Origin: an uncultured bacterium
Lineage (GTDB): Bacteria; Deinococcota; Deinococci; Deinococcales; Marinithermaceae
DNA length: 64,000 bases
NCBI GenBank assembly: GCA_964469895.1
Contig: CAYYAB010000001.1
Location: 1,695 to 65,694 of the forward strand
Direction: 5' to 3'
Part shown: positions 1 to 8,879 of the stretch, one piece after another
Numbering within the stretch: the stretch's first letter is position 1
Layout of the letters: every line of letters begins with the position of its first letter
The notes under the pieces: generated by a model
What the model was told of the DNA's origin: nothing
Databases searched by the model: none
Seen by the model: only the letters and a program-made list of their open reading frames with translations
Program-made: the position numbers and the translations under genes

Positions 1-253
1 CTTCGAGCATCTCCTGGGCCAGAGGGTCTGAGAAGGGCTCCTCCCGTCGGTCGGTGGGGACGATGTGGTCCACGGTGGCGAAGGTCCGGTGGGGGAAGGC
101 CACCTTAAGCCCCCGCTCTTTCAGCATGGCGAAGGCCTGGGGGCTCGTCACCTCATGGATCAGGTGCAGGTCGATGAAGAGCTGGGTGCGGCCGTCGGGA
201 AGCTCGCGCACCGCGTGGGCTTCCCAGACCTTTTCGTAAAGCGTCTTTCCCAT
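1..253 (-). CDS. leuC: 3-isopropylmalate dehydratase large subunit, N-terminal part (continues beyond window start)
   Basis: Reverse-complement translation from the ATG at 253-251 gives [67 protein letters not shown]. This is the conserved aconitase-family LeuC N-terminus. An SD GGAGGGG lies just upstream. It is absent from the ORF track because it is open at the window edge. Confidence 0.85.
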   Translation of the reverse strand, partial: MGKTLYEKVWEAHAVRELPDGRTQLFIDLHLIHEVTSPQAFAMLKERGLKVAFPHRTFATVDHIVPTDRREEPFSDPLAQEMLE

Positions 254-264
254 ATCCCCTCCAT

Positions 265-395
265 AAAAACAAAGCCCCCTCGCGGGGGCAGGCGGGCGAC
301 GCCGGCGCCTACCCCCGGAGCTTGAGGGCTAGGCTGGGCTTTGGCGTCTGCAGCATCTTGGGCGCGAGTATACGGGATGGCGTTTGCGTTGACAA
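265..395 (-). promoter_or_regulatory. candidate leucine leader/attenuator upstream of leuC (promoter, 15-codon mini-ORF, antiterminator/terminator)
   Basis: On the minus strand: TTGTCA (395-390), 17 nt, TATACT (372-367), 10 nt, then ATG..TAG at 356-309 encoding [21 protein letters not shown] (317-312) can pair with CCCCCG (288-283), which is the 5-prime arm of the hairpin GCCCCC-GCGA-GGGGGC (289-274). That hairpin is followed by TTTGTTTTT (273-265). Confidence 0.45.
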
Positions 396-417
396 GGCAA
401 AAAGAGCTCGTTAGACT
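389..417 (+). promoter_or_regulatory. sigma-A type promoter for tRNA-Pro (TTGACA, 17 nt, TAGACT)
   Basis: TTGACA at 389-394 and TAGACT at 412-417 with a 17-nt spacer. The tRNA starts 12 nt downstream. Confidence 0.6.
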
Positions 418-428
418 GATCCTTGCTG

Positions 429-508
<80 letters not shown>

Positions 509-510
509 TT

Positions 511-537
511 CCCCCGGCCGGAGGCCGGGGGTTTTTT
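511..537 (+). terminator. intrinsic terminator after tRNA-Pro
   Basis: CCCCCGGCC-gga-GGCCGGGGG hairpin followed by TTTTTT. Confidence 0.7.
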
Positions 538-555
538 ATGCGGTAAGGTAGGGGC

Positions 556-2163
556 ATGAAGCCCGTCAGCCTGCTCGACACCACCCTGCGCGACGGGGCG
601 CTCGCCGAGGGGGTGAGTTTTACCCCCGAGGATAAACTCGAGATTCTAAAGCTCCTCGATGCGCTCGAGATCGACTACCTCGAGGCCGGCTGGCCCTACC
701 AGTTTCCGGAGGATCTCGAGGTCTTTGCCCGCGCGCGGGAGCTCGGGCTCAAGGGCAAGCTCACCGTCTTCGGCTCCACCCGCCGGCCTGAAACCCCGCC
801 TTCCCGCGATCCCAATATCCGCGCCATGATGCGGGCCGAGACCGAGGTGGTACACGTCTACGGCAAGGCCTGGGAGCTCCATGTGGAGAAGGTGGTGCGC
901 ACCAGCCTGGAGGAGAACCTTCGCATGGTGCGGGATACCGTGGCCTTCTTCAAGGACCAAGGGAAGGAGGTGCTCTTCACCGCCGAACACTTCTTCGACG
1001 CCTGCCGCCGGGGGCGGGACTACCCGCTGAGCGTGGTGCAGGCGGCGCTCGAGGCCGGGGCCGACCTCATCGACCTGGGCGATTCGAACGGCTCCGCTCT
1101 TCCCAGTGAGGTGAAGAAGAGCACGCGCACGGTGGTCGAGCTGGCGGGCGAGGTGCCGGTGGGTTTCCACGGCCACAACGACTCGGGCCTCGCGGTGGCG
1201 AACGCGATCAGCGCGATCGAGGCCGGGGCCCGCCACGTCCAGGGTTCGGTGGGCGGGTACGGCGCCCGCTGTGGGATCACCGACTTCGCCACCCTGCTCC
1301 CGATCCTGAAGCTCCGCATGGGGCTTGAAGTGGTCTCGGATGAGGCGCTTAGGAAGCTCACCCCGATCACTCGGAGGATCGTGAACAAGATCGGGGTCGG
1401 CGACCTCGACTACCATCCCTTCGTCGGCTACAAGGTCTTCGCCCATCGCACCCACGCCCATATCGCCGCGGTACTCAGCGACCCCGAGTCCTACGAGCCG
1501 ATTCCCCCGGAAGCGGTGGGGAACGAGCGCAGGCTTCTGCTCCCCGGCATCGCCCAGGCGAGCTACCTGGAGGCCCTCGCCAGCCGGCTCGGGGTGGACC
1601 TTACCGAGGACACCGCCGCCAACCGCCGGATCAAGGAAGAGCTCTTAAGGCTCGAAAAGGAAGGGTATACCTATGAAGACGCCGAGGCCAGCTTCGAACT
1701 CGTGCTCGGCAAGCTCACCGGGCGTTTTCGCCCCTGGATCGAGGTGGAAAGGCTCCGGCTCTTCGAGGTAATCCGGGGCAAACTTCAACCGGTGGTCGAG
1801 GCCTCGCTCCGGGTCAAACTCGGCGGCCGCACCGAGTACGTCGCCGCGGAGGGCGAGGGGCCGGTGCGCACGCTTTTCATGGTGCTTAAAGACGCCCTCC
1901 TCGAGGAGGAGGCCGGGCTCGGTGAGCTCGCGGGTTACGTGCGGGCGCTTTCGCTCAAGGCGGTCCGGGTCCGCACCTTCTACCCCCGGGGCACCCGGGA
2001 GCTCAAGGCCCGGGTGACGATCACCCTCGCGGATGGGGAGCGGAGCTTCACCACCATCGGCATCTCCGGGGACCTGATTCAGGCGGTTTGGCAGGCGCTC
2101 TTGGACGGGATGGAGTACGGCCTCTACACCGAGGCCGAGCGGCGGAACCTCGTTTTGAGCTAG
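556..2163 (+). CDS. cimA: citramalate synthase / 2-isopropylmalate synthase family (LeuA-related, with C-terminal LeuA-dimer regulatory domain)
   Basis: The N-terminus [52 protein letters not shown] matches the DRE-TIM HMGL-like fold of the CimA-type subfamily (EGGWPGxNPKD-like motif). It is 535 aa and sits next to leuC. Confidence 0.8.
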   Translation: MKPVSLLDTTLRDGALAEGVSFTPEDKLEILKLLDALEIDYLEAGWPYQFPEDLEVFARARELGLKGKLTVFGSTRRPETPPSRDPNIRAMMRAETEVVHVYGKAWELHVEKVVRTSLEENLRMVRDTVAFFKDQGKEVLFTAEHFFDACRRGRDYPLSVVQAALEAGADLIDLGDSNGSALPSEVKKSTRTVVELAGEVPVGFHGHNDSGLAVANAISAIEAGARHVQGSVGGYGARCGITDFATLLPILKLRMGLEVVSDEALRKLTPITRRIVNKIGVGDLDYHPFVGYKVFAHRTHAHIAAVLSDPESYEPIPPEAVGNERRLLLPGIAQASYLEALASRLGVDLTEDTAANRRIKEELLRLEKEGYTYEDAEASFELVLGKLTGRFRPWIEVERLRLFEVIRGKLQPVVEASLRVKLGGRTEYVAAEGEGPVRTLFMVLKDALLEEEAGLGELAGYVRALSLKAVRVRTFYPRGTRELKARVTITLADGERSFTTIGISGDLIQAVWQALLDGMEYGLYTEAERRNLVLS

Positions 2164-2176
2164 GAAAGGAGGCGCC

Positions 2177-3046
2177 ATGGAGGTCCAAAAGATCGGTGTC
2201 GTGGGGGCCGGCCAGATGGGCTCCGGCATCGCCCAGGTGGCGGCCCAGGCGGGCTATGAGGTGGTGCTTAGGGACGTGGAGGAACGGTTTTTGGAGCGGG
2301 GACTTTCGTCCATTCGCCGCTCTCTTGGGAAGTTCTTGGAAAAGGGGAAGATTTCGAAGGAGGAGCACGACGCCGCTCTCGGCCGGATCAAGACGACGCT
2401 CTCCCTTAAAGACTTCGCCGACTGCGACCTGGTGGTCGAGGCGGTGGTTGAGGACGAGGGGGTGAAGGCCGAGGTCTTTCGGGAGCTGGATCGGATCGTG
2501 AAGCCCGAAGGGATTCTGGCCTCGAACACCTCCTCGATTCCCATCACCAAGCTCGCTTCCTACACGAGCCGGCCCGAACGGTTCATCGGGATGCACTTCA
2601 TGAACCCGGTGCCGCTCATGGTGCTGGTCGAGGTGATCCGCGGGCACCGCACTTCGGACGAAACCGCGGAGACCGTCGTCGCGGTCGCCCGCAAGATGAA
2701 GAAGACCCCGGTGGAGGTCAACGACTACCCCGGCTTCGTTTCCAACCGGGTGTTGATCCCGATGCTGAACGAGGCGATTCAGGCGGTGCACGAGGGGGTG
2801 GCGACGCCGGAGGCGGTGGACGCGGTGATGAAACTCGGGATGAACCACCCAATGGGCCCCTTGGAGCTCGCCGACTTCATCGGTCTCGACACCGTGCTCG
2901 CCATCATGGAGGTGCTTTACGAGGGATTTTCTGACTCCAAGTACCGGCCCTCGCCCCTGCTTAAGAAGATGGTCCAGGCCGGCCTTCTCGGGCGGAAGAC
3001 CGGCCAGGGCTTTTACAAGTACGACGAGAAGGGCCGGCGAATCTAA
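2177..3046 (+). CDS. hbd: 3-hydroxybutyryl-CoA / 3-hydroxyacyl-CoA dehydrogenase
   Basis: Rossmann motif [17 protein letters not shown] and a C-terminal [15 protein letters not shown] motif typical of the HBD/HADH family. Confidence 0.9.
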   Translation: MEVQKIGVVGAGQMGSGIAQVAAQAGYEVVLRDVEERFLERGLSSIRRSLGKFLEKGKISKEEHDAALGRIKTTLSLKDFADCDLVVEAVVEDEGVKAEVFRELDRIVKPEGILASNTSSIPITKLASYTSRPERFIGMHFMNPVPLMVLVEVIRGHRTSDETAETVVAVARKMKKTPVEVNDYPGFVSNRVLIPMLNEAIQAVHEGVATPEAVDAVMKLGMNHPMGPLELADFIGLDTVLAIMEVLYEGFSDSKYRPSPLLKKMVQAGLLGRKTGQGFYKYDEKGRRI

Positions 3047-3645
3047 GCGAGTCCGGCGCGCTCAAGCACTTCCCGAACCTCGCCCTGGGATAGGCCCAAC
3101 TTCTGGGCGAGTTCCGCGAGGTAACGGCTTTCCTCCGGGGTGTCCACCCGGATCGCGAGCACGCTGGCGGCGAAGATCTCTTTGCCGAGGGCGGGGTCCT
3201 TTTGCGCCGCCTCAAGGAGCGGGCCGGGGTCCTTGGCCTCGGCCATCGCCTGGTAGACGTAGCTCCGAACTTCGGGGGAGGCGTCCACCTCGTCGAGCTT
3301 TTGGACGATCCGCTCGTATTCCTCGGGGCCGAGCTTGCCGTCGGCCTTGGCCGCGAGGATCATGGCGAGGAGTAGGGTCTTGGCCCGCTCCTCGGGGTCG
3401 GTGGCCGGGGCTGCCGGGGCGCCGCCCGCGAGCCGGGTGATGAGCTCCATGGGGTTTGGACCGCTTTTGGGGGCGCTGCCTCCGAGGAGGCCGCCGAGCG
3501 CCCCGGCGAGCCCGCCCGATCCCCCGAGGAGGCTGCCCAAAAGGTTCTCCAAGCCGAGCTTCTTGGCCGCGCCCTCGAGCACCTCCGGCCGGGCGAGTCC
3601 GGAGGTGAGGAGGGCACCTAAGAGATCCTGGAATCCTTTCGCCAT
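3043..3645 (-). CDS. TerB-like / DUF533-type protein with Gly-rich N-terminal half
   Basis: The C-terminal [29 protein letters not shown] resembles the TerB/DUF533 helical repeat. Its stop overlaps the hbd stop (convergent). Confidence 0.6.
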   Translation of the reverse strand: MAKGFQDLLGALLTSGLARPEVLEGAAKKLGLENLLGSLLGGSGGLAGALGGLLGGSAPKSGPNPMELITRLAGGAPAAPATDPEERAKTLLLAMILAAKADGKLGPEEYERIVQKLDEVDASPEVRSYVYQAMAEAKDPGPLLEAAQKDPALGKEIFAASVLAIRVDTPEESRYLAELAQKLGLSQGEVREVLERAGLA

Positions 3646-3706
3646 ACCGCAAGTTTAACCCAAGCCCTTTTCGCGAGGGCGGACTTTTTGCTAAGTTCTA
3701 AGGGTT

Positions 3707-5029
3707 ATGGACCGGATCGTGCACGTGATCGGCGGCGGGCTCGCCGGCAGCGAGGCCGCCCTGGCGGCGGCCCGCGAGGGGGTTCCGGTCCGGCTTTACG
3801 AGATGCGGCCCAAGAAGATGACCCCAGCCCACCGCACCGGAAAGCTCGCGGAACTGGTTTGCTCCACCTCGCTCGGGGCGGAGGGGGAGACGAGCGCGAA
3901 GGGCCTCCTCCAGGCCGAGATGCGCGAGGCCGAAAGCGTGGTCATGGCGGCCGCCGATGCGGCCCGCGTCCCCGCGGGCGGGGCGCTCGCGGTGGATCGG
4001 GAGGAGTTCTCCGAGCGGATCACCGAGGCGGTGGCGGGCCACCCCCTAGTCGAGGTGGTGCGCGAGGAGGTCACCGAGATCCCAGAGGAGGGGCCGGTGG
4101 TCCTCGCCACCGGCCCCCTGACCTCGGACCCCCTGGCCGAGGCGCTCAGGCGCCGTTTTGGCGACCACTTCCTTGCCTTCTACGACGCCGCCGCGCCGGT
4201 GGTGCTCTTCGAGTCCATCGATATGGAGAAGTGCTTCTTTGCCGGGCGGTACGACCAGAGCCCCGACTACATCAACTGCCCCATGACCGAGGAGGAATAC
4301 CGCCGCTTCTACGCGATCCTCACCCGGGCCCGGCGCCACACCCCCCACGAGTGGGAGAAGCTCGAGTTCTTCGAGGGCTGCATCCCGATCGAGGAGCTCG
4401 GCCGCCGGGGGTACCAGACCCCGCTCTTTGGCCCCATGAAGCCGGTGGGGATCCTCGACCCCAAAACCGGTGAGCGTCCCTTCGCCGTGGTTCAGCTCCG
4501 CCGCGAGGACAAGGCCGGGCGGATGTGGAGCCTGGTGGGGTTTCAGACCGGGCTTAAGTGGGGGGACCAGAAGGAGCTCGTGCGTGCGATTCCCGGCCTT
4601 GAAAAGGCCGAGATCGTCCGCTACGGGGTGATGCACCGAAACACCTACCTAAACGCCCCCCGCTTGCTTCGCGCCACCCTTCAGTTCAAGGAGGAGCCCC
4701 GCCTTTTGGCCGCCGGGGTGCTCGCCGGGGTCGAGGGCTACCTCGAGTCCGCCGCCACCGGCTGGCTCGCGGGCAAGAACGCGGCCCGCCTGGCCCGGGC
4801 CGGGCACGCCACCCTGCCCCCGGTAGAAAGCATGCTCGGAGGCCTGGTTCGGTTTCTGGCCGAGGCCAACCCCGAGAACTTCCAGCCGATGAACGCGAAC
4901 TGGGGCCTGGTTCCGGCCTGGCCCGAAAAGATCCCCAAAAAGGAGCGACGCCGGCGGATGTTCGCCCGCGGACTTTCCGCCTTCCGGGAATGGCTTCGCA
5001 CCGAGGGCTTCGCTCTCACCGCTGCCTAA
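3707..5029 (+). CDS. trmFO: methylenetetrahydrofolate--tRNA-(uracil54-C5)-methyltransferase TrmFO (Gid)
   Basis: The N-terminus VHVIGGGLAGSEAALAAAREGVPVRLYEMRPKKMTPAHRTGKLAELVCSTSLG is diagnostic for TrmFO. trmFO-hslVU synteny matches Bacillus. Confidence 0.92.
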   Translation: MDRIVHVIGGGLAGSEAALAAAREGVPVRLYEMRPKKMTPAHRTGKLAELVCSTSLGAEGETSAKGLLQAEMREAESVVMAAADAARVPAGGALAVDREEFSERITEAVAGHPLVEVVREEVTEIPEEGPVVLATGPLTSDPLAEALRRRFGDHFLAFYDAAAPVVLFESIDMEKCFFAGRYDQSPDYINCPMTEEEYRRFYAILTRARRHTPHEWEKLEFFEGCIPIEELGRRGYQTPLFGPMKPVGILDPKTGERPFAVVQLRREDKAGRMWSLVGFQTGLKWGDQKELVRAIPGLEKAEIVRYGVMHRNTYLNAPRLLRATLQFKEEPRLLAAGVLAGVEGYLESAATGWLAGKNAARLARAGHATLPPVESMLGGLVRFLAEANPENFQPMNANWGLVPAWPEKIPKKERRRRMFARGLSAFREWLRTEGFALTAA

Positions 5030-5050
5030 CCGCTCGCCGGTAGCCTCCCC

Positions 5051-5596
5051 TTGATGCCGGCGATGCACGGGACCACCATCCTGGCGGTACGGCGGGACGG
5101 GCTCACCGCCCTCGCGGGGGACGGCCAGGTCACCTTGGGGCAGACGGTGATGAAGCGGGGCGCGGTTAAGGTGCGCAGGCTCGAGGGCGACGTCCTCGCC
5201 GGCTTCGCCGGGAGCGTCGCCGATGCCTTCACCCTCTTTGAGAAGTTCGAGGAGCAGCTTAAAGCCGCCCGCGGGAACCTCCAGCGGGCGGCGGTGGAGA
5301 CGGTCAAGCTCTGGCGCACCGACAAGATCCTCCGCCAGCTCGAGGCGATGATGGTGGTCGCCGACCGCGAGCAGCTGCTCTTGCTCTCGGGAACCGGGGA
5401 GGTTTTGGCCCCGGACGAGCCGGTGCTCGGGGTGGGGAGCGGGGCGCCCTATGCCCTCGCCGCCGCCAAGGCGCTTTTGCGCGAAACCCAGCTTCCGGCC
5501 CCCGAGATCGCCGAGAAGGCCCTTCGCATCGCGGCCGAGATCGACCTGTATTCTGGGGGCGAGATCACCGTGCTGACCGTGGGAGAGGCCCGATGA
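5051..5596 (+). CDS. hslV: ATP-dependent protease subunit HslV
   Basis: [12 protein letters not shown] carries the catalytic Thr, plus [14 protein letters not shown]. The exact start is uncertain (TTG 5051, ATG 5054 or 5063). It overlaps hslU by 4 nt. Confidence 0.9.
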   Translation: MMPAMHGTTILAVRRDGLTALAGDGQVTLGQTVMKRGAVKVRRLEGDVLAGFAGSVADAFTLFEKFEEQLKAARGNLQRAAVETVKLWRTDKILRQLEAMMVVADREQLLLLSGTGEVLAPDEPVLGVGSGAPYALAAAKALLRETQLPAPEIAEKALRIAAEIDLYSGGEITVLTVGEAR

Positions 5597-6849
5597 CCGA
5601 GTTGACGCCGCGTGAGATCGTTGCCGAGCTCGATAAGTACGTGGTCGGCCAGGACGAGGCCAAGCGGGCGGTGGCGGTGGCGCTCAGAAACCGCTACCGG
5701 CGCAAGAAGCTTCCCCCCGAGCTTGCCCGCGAGGTGATGCCCAAGAACATCCTGATGATGGGCCCCACCGGGGTGGGCAAGACCGAGATCGCGAGGCGGC
5801 TTGCCCGCCTCGCCCGGGCGCCCTTTTTGAAGGTCGAGGCCACCAAGTTCACCGAGGTGGGCTACGTCGGGCGCGACGTGGACTCGATCGTCCGCGACCT
5901 GGCGGAGGTCGCCTACCAGCTGGTGATGCGGGAGAAGACCGAGGCGGTGGCCGAGGAAGCGACCCGCCGGGCCAACGAGGAGCTGGCGGGTTTGCTCGGG
6001 GTAGGGGTATCCGAGGTCGCCTCGGGGCGGGTGGACGACCGGCTGGTGGAGATCGAGGTGCCCGAGGAGCCCAAGCTCCCCTTCATGGGCATGCTCGGCG
6101 GGGAGCAGATGATGCAGGGGCTCTCCGAGATGCTGACCGGGCTTTTGCCCCGCCGCCGGGTGCGCCGGCGGATGCGGGTCCGCGAGGCCCGGGAGGCGCT
6201 CAAAAACCAGGTCGCGGAGACCCTGGTGGACAAGGAGGAGGTGAGCCAGGAGGCGGCCCGGCGGGCCCAGGAGGACGGCATCGTCTTCATCGACGAGATC
6301 GACAAGATCGCCTCCAAGGACGGGGTGCGCGGCCCCGACGTCTCCGGCGAGGGGGTGCAGCGGGACCTTCTCCCGATTGTGGAGGGGACCGTGGTGAACA
6401 CCCGGCTCGGTCCCATCTCCACCGAGCACGTGCTTTTCATCGGGGCCGGGGCCTTCCACGTGGCCAAGCCCACCGACCTCATTCCCGAGCTCCAGGGGCG
6501 GTTTCCCATCCGGGTCGAGCTCAAGCCCCTCACCGCGCTTGATTTCGAGCGGATCCTCACCCAGACCGAGTCCTCGCTGATTCGCCAGTACACCGCCCTG
6601 CTCGCCGCCGACGGCACCGAGGTCGAGTTCACCCCGGAAGCGATCCGGGCGGTGGCCCGGTTCGCCCACCGGGCCAACCAGGAGCTCGAGGACATCGGGG
6701 CGCGCAGGTTGCATACCGTGCTCGAGCGGGTGCTTGAAGAGATCAGCTTCGAGACCGGCCTCGGCCGGGTCACCATCACCGAGGCCTACGTAGAGGAGCG
6801 GCTGCTCCCGGTGTTCGAGCGGGAGGACCTCTCCCGGTACATTCTCTAG
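5593..6849 (+). CDS. hslU: ATP-dependent protease ATPase subunit HslU
   Basis: [34 protein letters not shown]-loop [15 protein letters not shown], Walker [12 protein letters not shown]. Confidence 0.95.
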   Translation: MTELTPREIVAELDKYVVGQDEAKRAVAVALRNRYRRKKLPPELAREVMPKNILMMGPTGVGKTEIARRLARLARAPFLKVEATKFTEVGYVGRDVDSIVRDLAEVAYQLVMREKTEAVAEEATRRANEELAGLLGVGVSEVASGRVDDRLVEIEVPEEPKLPFMGMLGGEQMMQGLSEMLTGLLPRRRVRRRMRVREAREALKNQVAETLVDKEEVSQEAARRAQEDGIVFIDEIDKIASKDGVRGPDVSGEGVQRDLLPIVEGTVVNTRLGPISTEHVLFIGAGAFHVAKPTDLIPELQGRFPIRVELKPLTALDFERILTQTESSLIRQYTALLAADGTEVEFTPEAIRAVARFAHRANQELEDIGARRLHTVLERVLEEISFETGLGRVTITEAYVEERLLPVFEREDLSRYIL

Positions 6850-6858
6850 GAGGCACGC

Positions 6859-7932
6859 ATGCGGAACCGAATCGTCCCCTTACTCTTCGCCCTCCTCCTG
6901 GGCGCCGGCCTGGCGCAGAAGGAAGCCAAGGACCTCACCCCCGAGGCCTGGATGCTGCTCGGCAACCAGTATTTCGCCGAAGGCGCCTACGACGCCTCCT
7001 TCATCGCCTACAAGCAGGCGGTGAAGAAGGACCCGAACAACCCCCGGGCGCTGTACGGGCTCGGTCGGGTGCAGCTCAAGCTTGGGCTTTTGAACCCCGC
7101 GGTGGAGAACCTGAAGCGGGCGATCGCCCTGGATGCCAAGTACCTTCCCGCCTACCTGGCGCTCGCGAAGGCCTACCTCGAGCTCGCCGGCGAGAGCGAG
7201 GACCCCGCCCTCAAAAAGCTCCAGCTCGCCAAGGCGAAAAGCGTCCTCGCCGATGCCAAGCGGATCGCGCCCGAGGATCCGGCGGTCTATAACCTCGAGG
7301 GGGTGATCGAGGAGGCCCTCGGGGACCACGAGCGGGCGATCGCGGCCTTCAAGAAGGCGGTGGAGCTCGATCCCAAGAACGCCCAGATCCGCTACAACCT
7401 CGCCCTCGCCTACCTCGCGAAAGGGAAGCTCGACGAGGCGGTGGCGGCGCTCGAGGAGGCGGTCCGGACGGCTCCCGAGGAGCCCTACTACCGCGCCCGG
7501 CTCGGGGCCCTGCTCGCGGTCAAGGGGGAGCTCGACCGGGCCGAGGAGGTGCTCACCGAGGCGGTGCGCCTCGACCCCAAAAACAGCCTCGCCTGGGACT
7601 ACCTGGGTCAGGTGCGGCTGAAAAAGGGCGACTACGCCGGGGCCATCGCCGCGCTCAAGAAGGCGGTGGAGCTCGCCCCGCTCGCTTACCCCGAGGCCTA
7701 CTTCTACCTGGGCCAGGCCCACCTCGAGCTCGGCCAGGCCAAGGAAGCCCGCTTTTTCTTCACCAAGGCCGTGGTACTCGCTTCCAAGAACGCCGACTAC
7801 CGCTACTGGCTCGGGGTCGCCAACGAAAAGCTCGGAGACCTCGAGGGCGCCCGGGCCCAGTACCGGGAGGCGCTCAAGCTCGACCCCAAACACCAAAAGG
7901 CCAAGGAAGCGCTCGCGCGGCTGGAAAAATAA
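6859..7932 (+). CDS. secreted tetratricopeptide-repeat protein
   Basis: N-terminal signal-like segment MRNRIVPLLFALLLGAGLAQ, followed by multiple 34-aa TPR-like units (AxxxYxxAlxlDPxxxxA). Confidence 0.8.
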   Translation: MRNRIVPLLFALLLGAGLAQKEAKDLTPEAWMLLGNQYFAEGAYDASFIAYKQAVKKDPNNPRALYGLGRVQLKLGLLNPAVENLKRAIALDAKYLPAYLALAKAYLELAGESEDPALKKLQLAKAKSVLADAKRIAPEDPAVYNLEGVIEEALGDHERAIAAFKKAVELDPKNAQIRYNLALAYLAKGKLDEAVAALEEAVRTAPEEPYYRARLGALLAVKGELDRAEEVLTEAVRLDPKNSLAWDYLGQVRLKKGDYAGAIAALKKAVELAPLAYPEAYFYLGQAHLELGQAKEARFFFTKAVVLASKNADYRYWLGVANEKLGDLEGARAQYREALKLDPKHQKAKEALARLEK

Positions 7933-7937
7933 GAGGG

Positions 7938-8867
7938 ATGCGGCTTCGCGTCGAGCCCTGGGAACCCGACTACGGCGTTCCCGAGGGGCCGGAGGAAGCC
8001 CCGGCGACCCCCGCCGAGCCGGCCGAGCCCGGTCCCTGGGCGCCCCGCTCGGAGGCCCGCCCCCACCCCGGCCCCTGGATCTTCGTCGACGGGGTGGAGC
8101 GGGTGGATGCCTTCGTCTGGGTGGACGAGCGCTTACCCGGCGTGCTCTTTAGCTACGCCGTGGGGGCGGTGGTGCGGAGCGAGCGGGGTATTCGCCTGGC
8201 CGAGCCGGCCCTTGTGCAGAGGGTTTTCGTCTCGCCGGCGGCGTTTCCCCTCGCGCTCCCGGGCGGCCCGGAGTACCGGCCGCTCGAGCTCCCCGCATCC
8301 TCCCGGGAGGAGCTGCTCGCGGCTGCCCGGGAACTGAGGCGGAAATCGGAGTGGGCCCTCGGCCAGCGCCTCGCCGAGACCTATCCGGAGGCCCTCCTCT
8401 TCCACGACGGGCCGCTTTTCTTTCCCAAGGAGGCCGTTCCTGGCCCGCCCCGGCTCGGCTACATCAAGAGTTTTTTCCGCCGCTACCTGGACCGGGAGCA
8501 CGCCGGGATCCTCTCCGAGCTCAAACCGGGAGCGCGCACCCCGGTCTTCCGGGTACCCGCCGGGGCCCGCCGCACCCCGAGGGATTTTTTCAGCTGGTAC
8601 CAGCGCCTTCCCTTGGAGCCCTCGCCCCCCTACGCCGAAAGCGCCGGGCTGGTGCGGGTCGAGACCGACGCGCGCGAGCTCGAGGAGGCGCGGGTTCTGG
8701 CGGCCCACGCGCTCTTCGTGCTCACCCGGCTCGCCTCCTCCCCCTACCGCGACCCCCGGGCGCCGGCGAACCTCCTGCCGGTGGGGGGATTGGAGCGGGA
8801 GCTCCGGCGCCGGCTCGGGAGCCGCGACCTGTTACGCCGGCGCCTCTTCCGCCTCTTCGCCGGTTAG
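7938..8867 (+). CDS. nurA: NurA-like nuclease (putative HerA partner)
   Basis: Motifs WIFVDGVERVD and LLFHDGPLFFP resemble the NurA catalytic D-G motifs. It lies immediately upstream of the herA-like gene. The assignment rests on weak motifs plus context. Confidence 0.55.
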   Translation: MRLRVEPWEPDYGVPEGPEEAPATPAEPAEPGPWAPRSEARPHPGPWIFVDGVERVDAFVWVDERLPGVLFSYAVGAVVRSERGIRLAEPALVQRVFVSPAAFPLALPGGPEYRPLELPASSREELLAAARELRRKSEWALGQRLAETYPEALLFHDGPLFFPKEAVPGPPRLGYIKSFFRRYLDREHAGILSELKPGARTPVFRVPAGARRTPRDFFSWYQRLPLEPSPPYAESAGLVRVETDARELEEARVLAAHALFVLTRLASSPYRDPRAPANLLPVGGLERELRRRLGSRDLLRRRLFRLFAG

Positions 8868-8879
8868 GATAAATCCGCG

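Noticed and set aside
646-1461. Long antisense or out-of-frame ORFs throughout the track. Examples: 646-1461, 5449-6714, 6880-7896, 9402-10538, 11697-13055, 25006-26355, 32488-33693 and 33772-34794 on the minus strand; 31947-32981, 33663-34724 and 39572-40816 on the plus strand.
   Set aside because: They overlap ORFs with unmistakable family motifs in another frame. Their products are Arg/Pro/Gly/Ala-rich low-complexity strings, typical of stop-codon-poor shadow frames in high-GC DNA.
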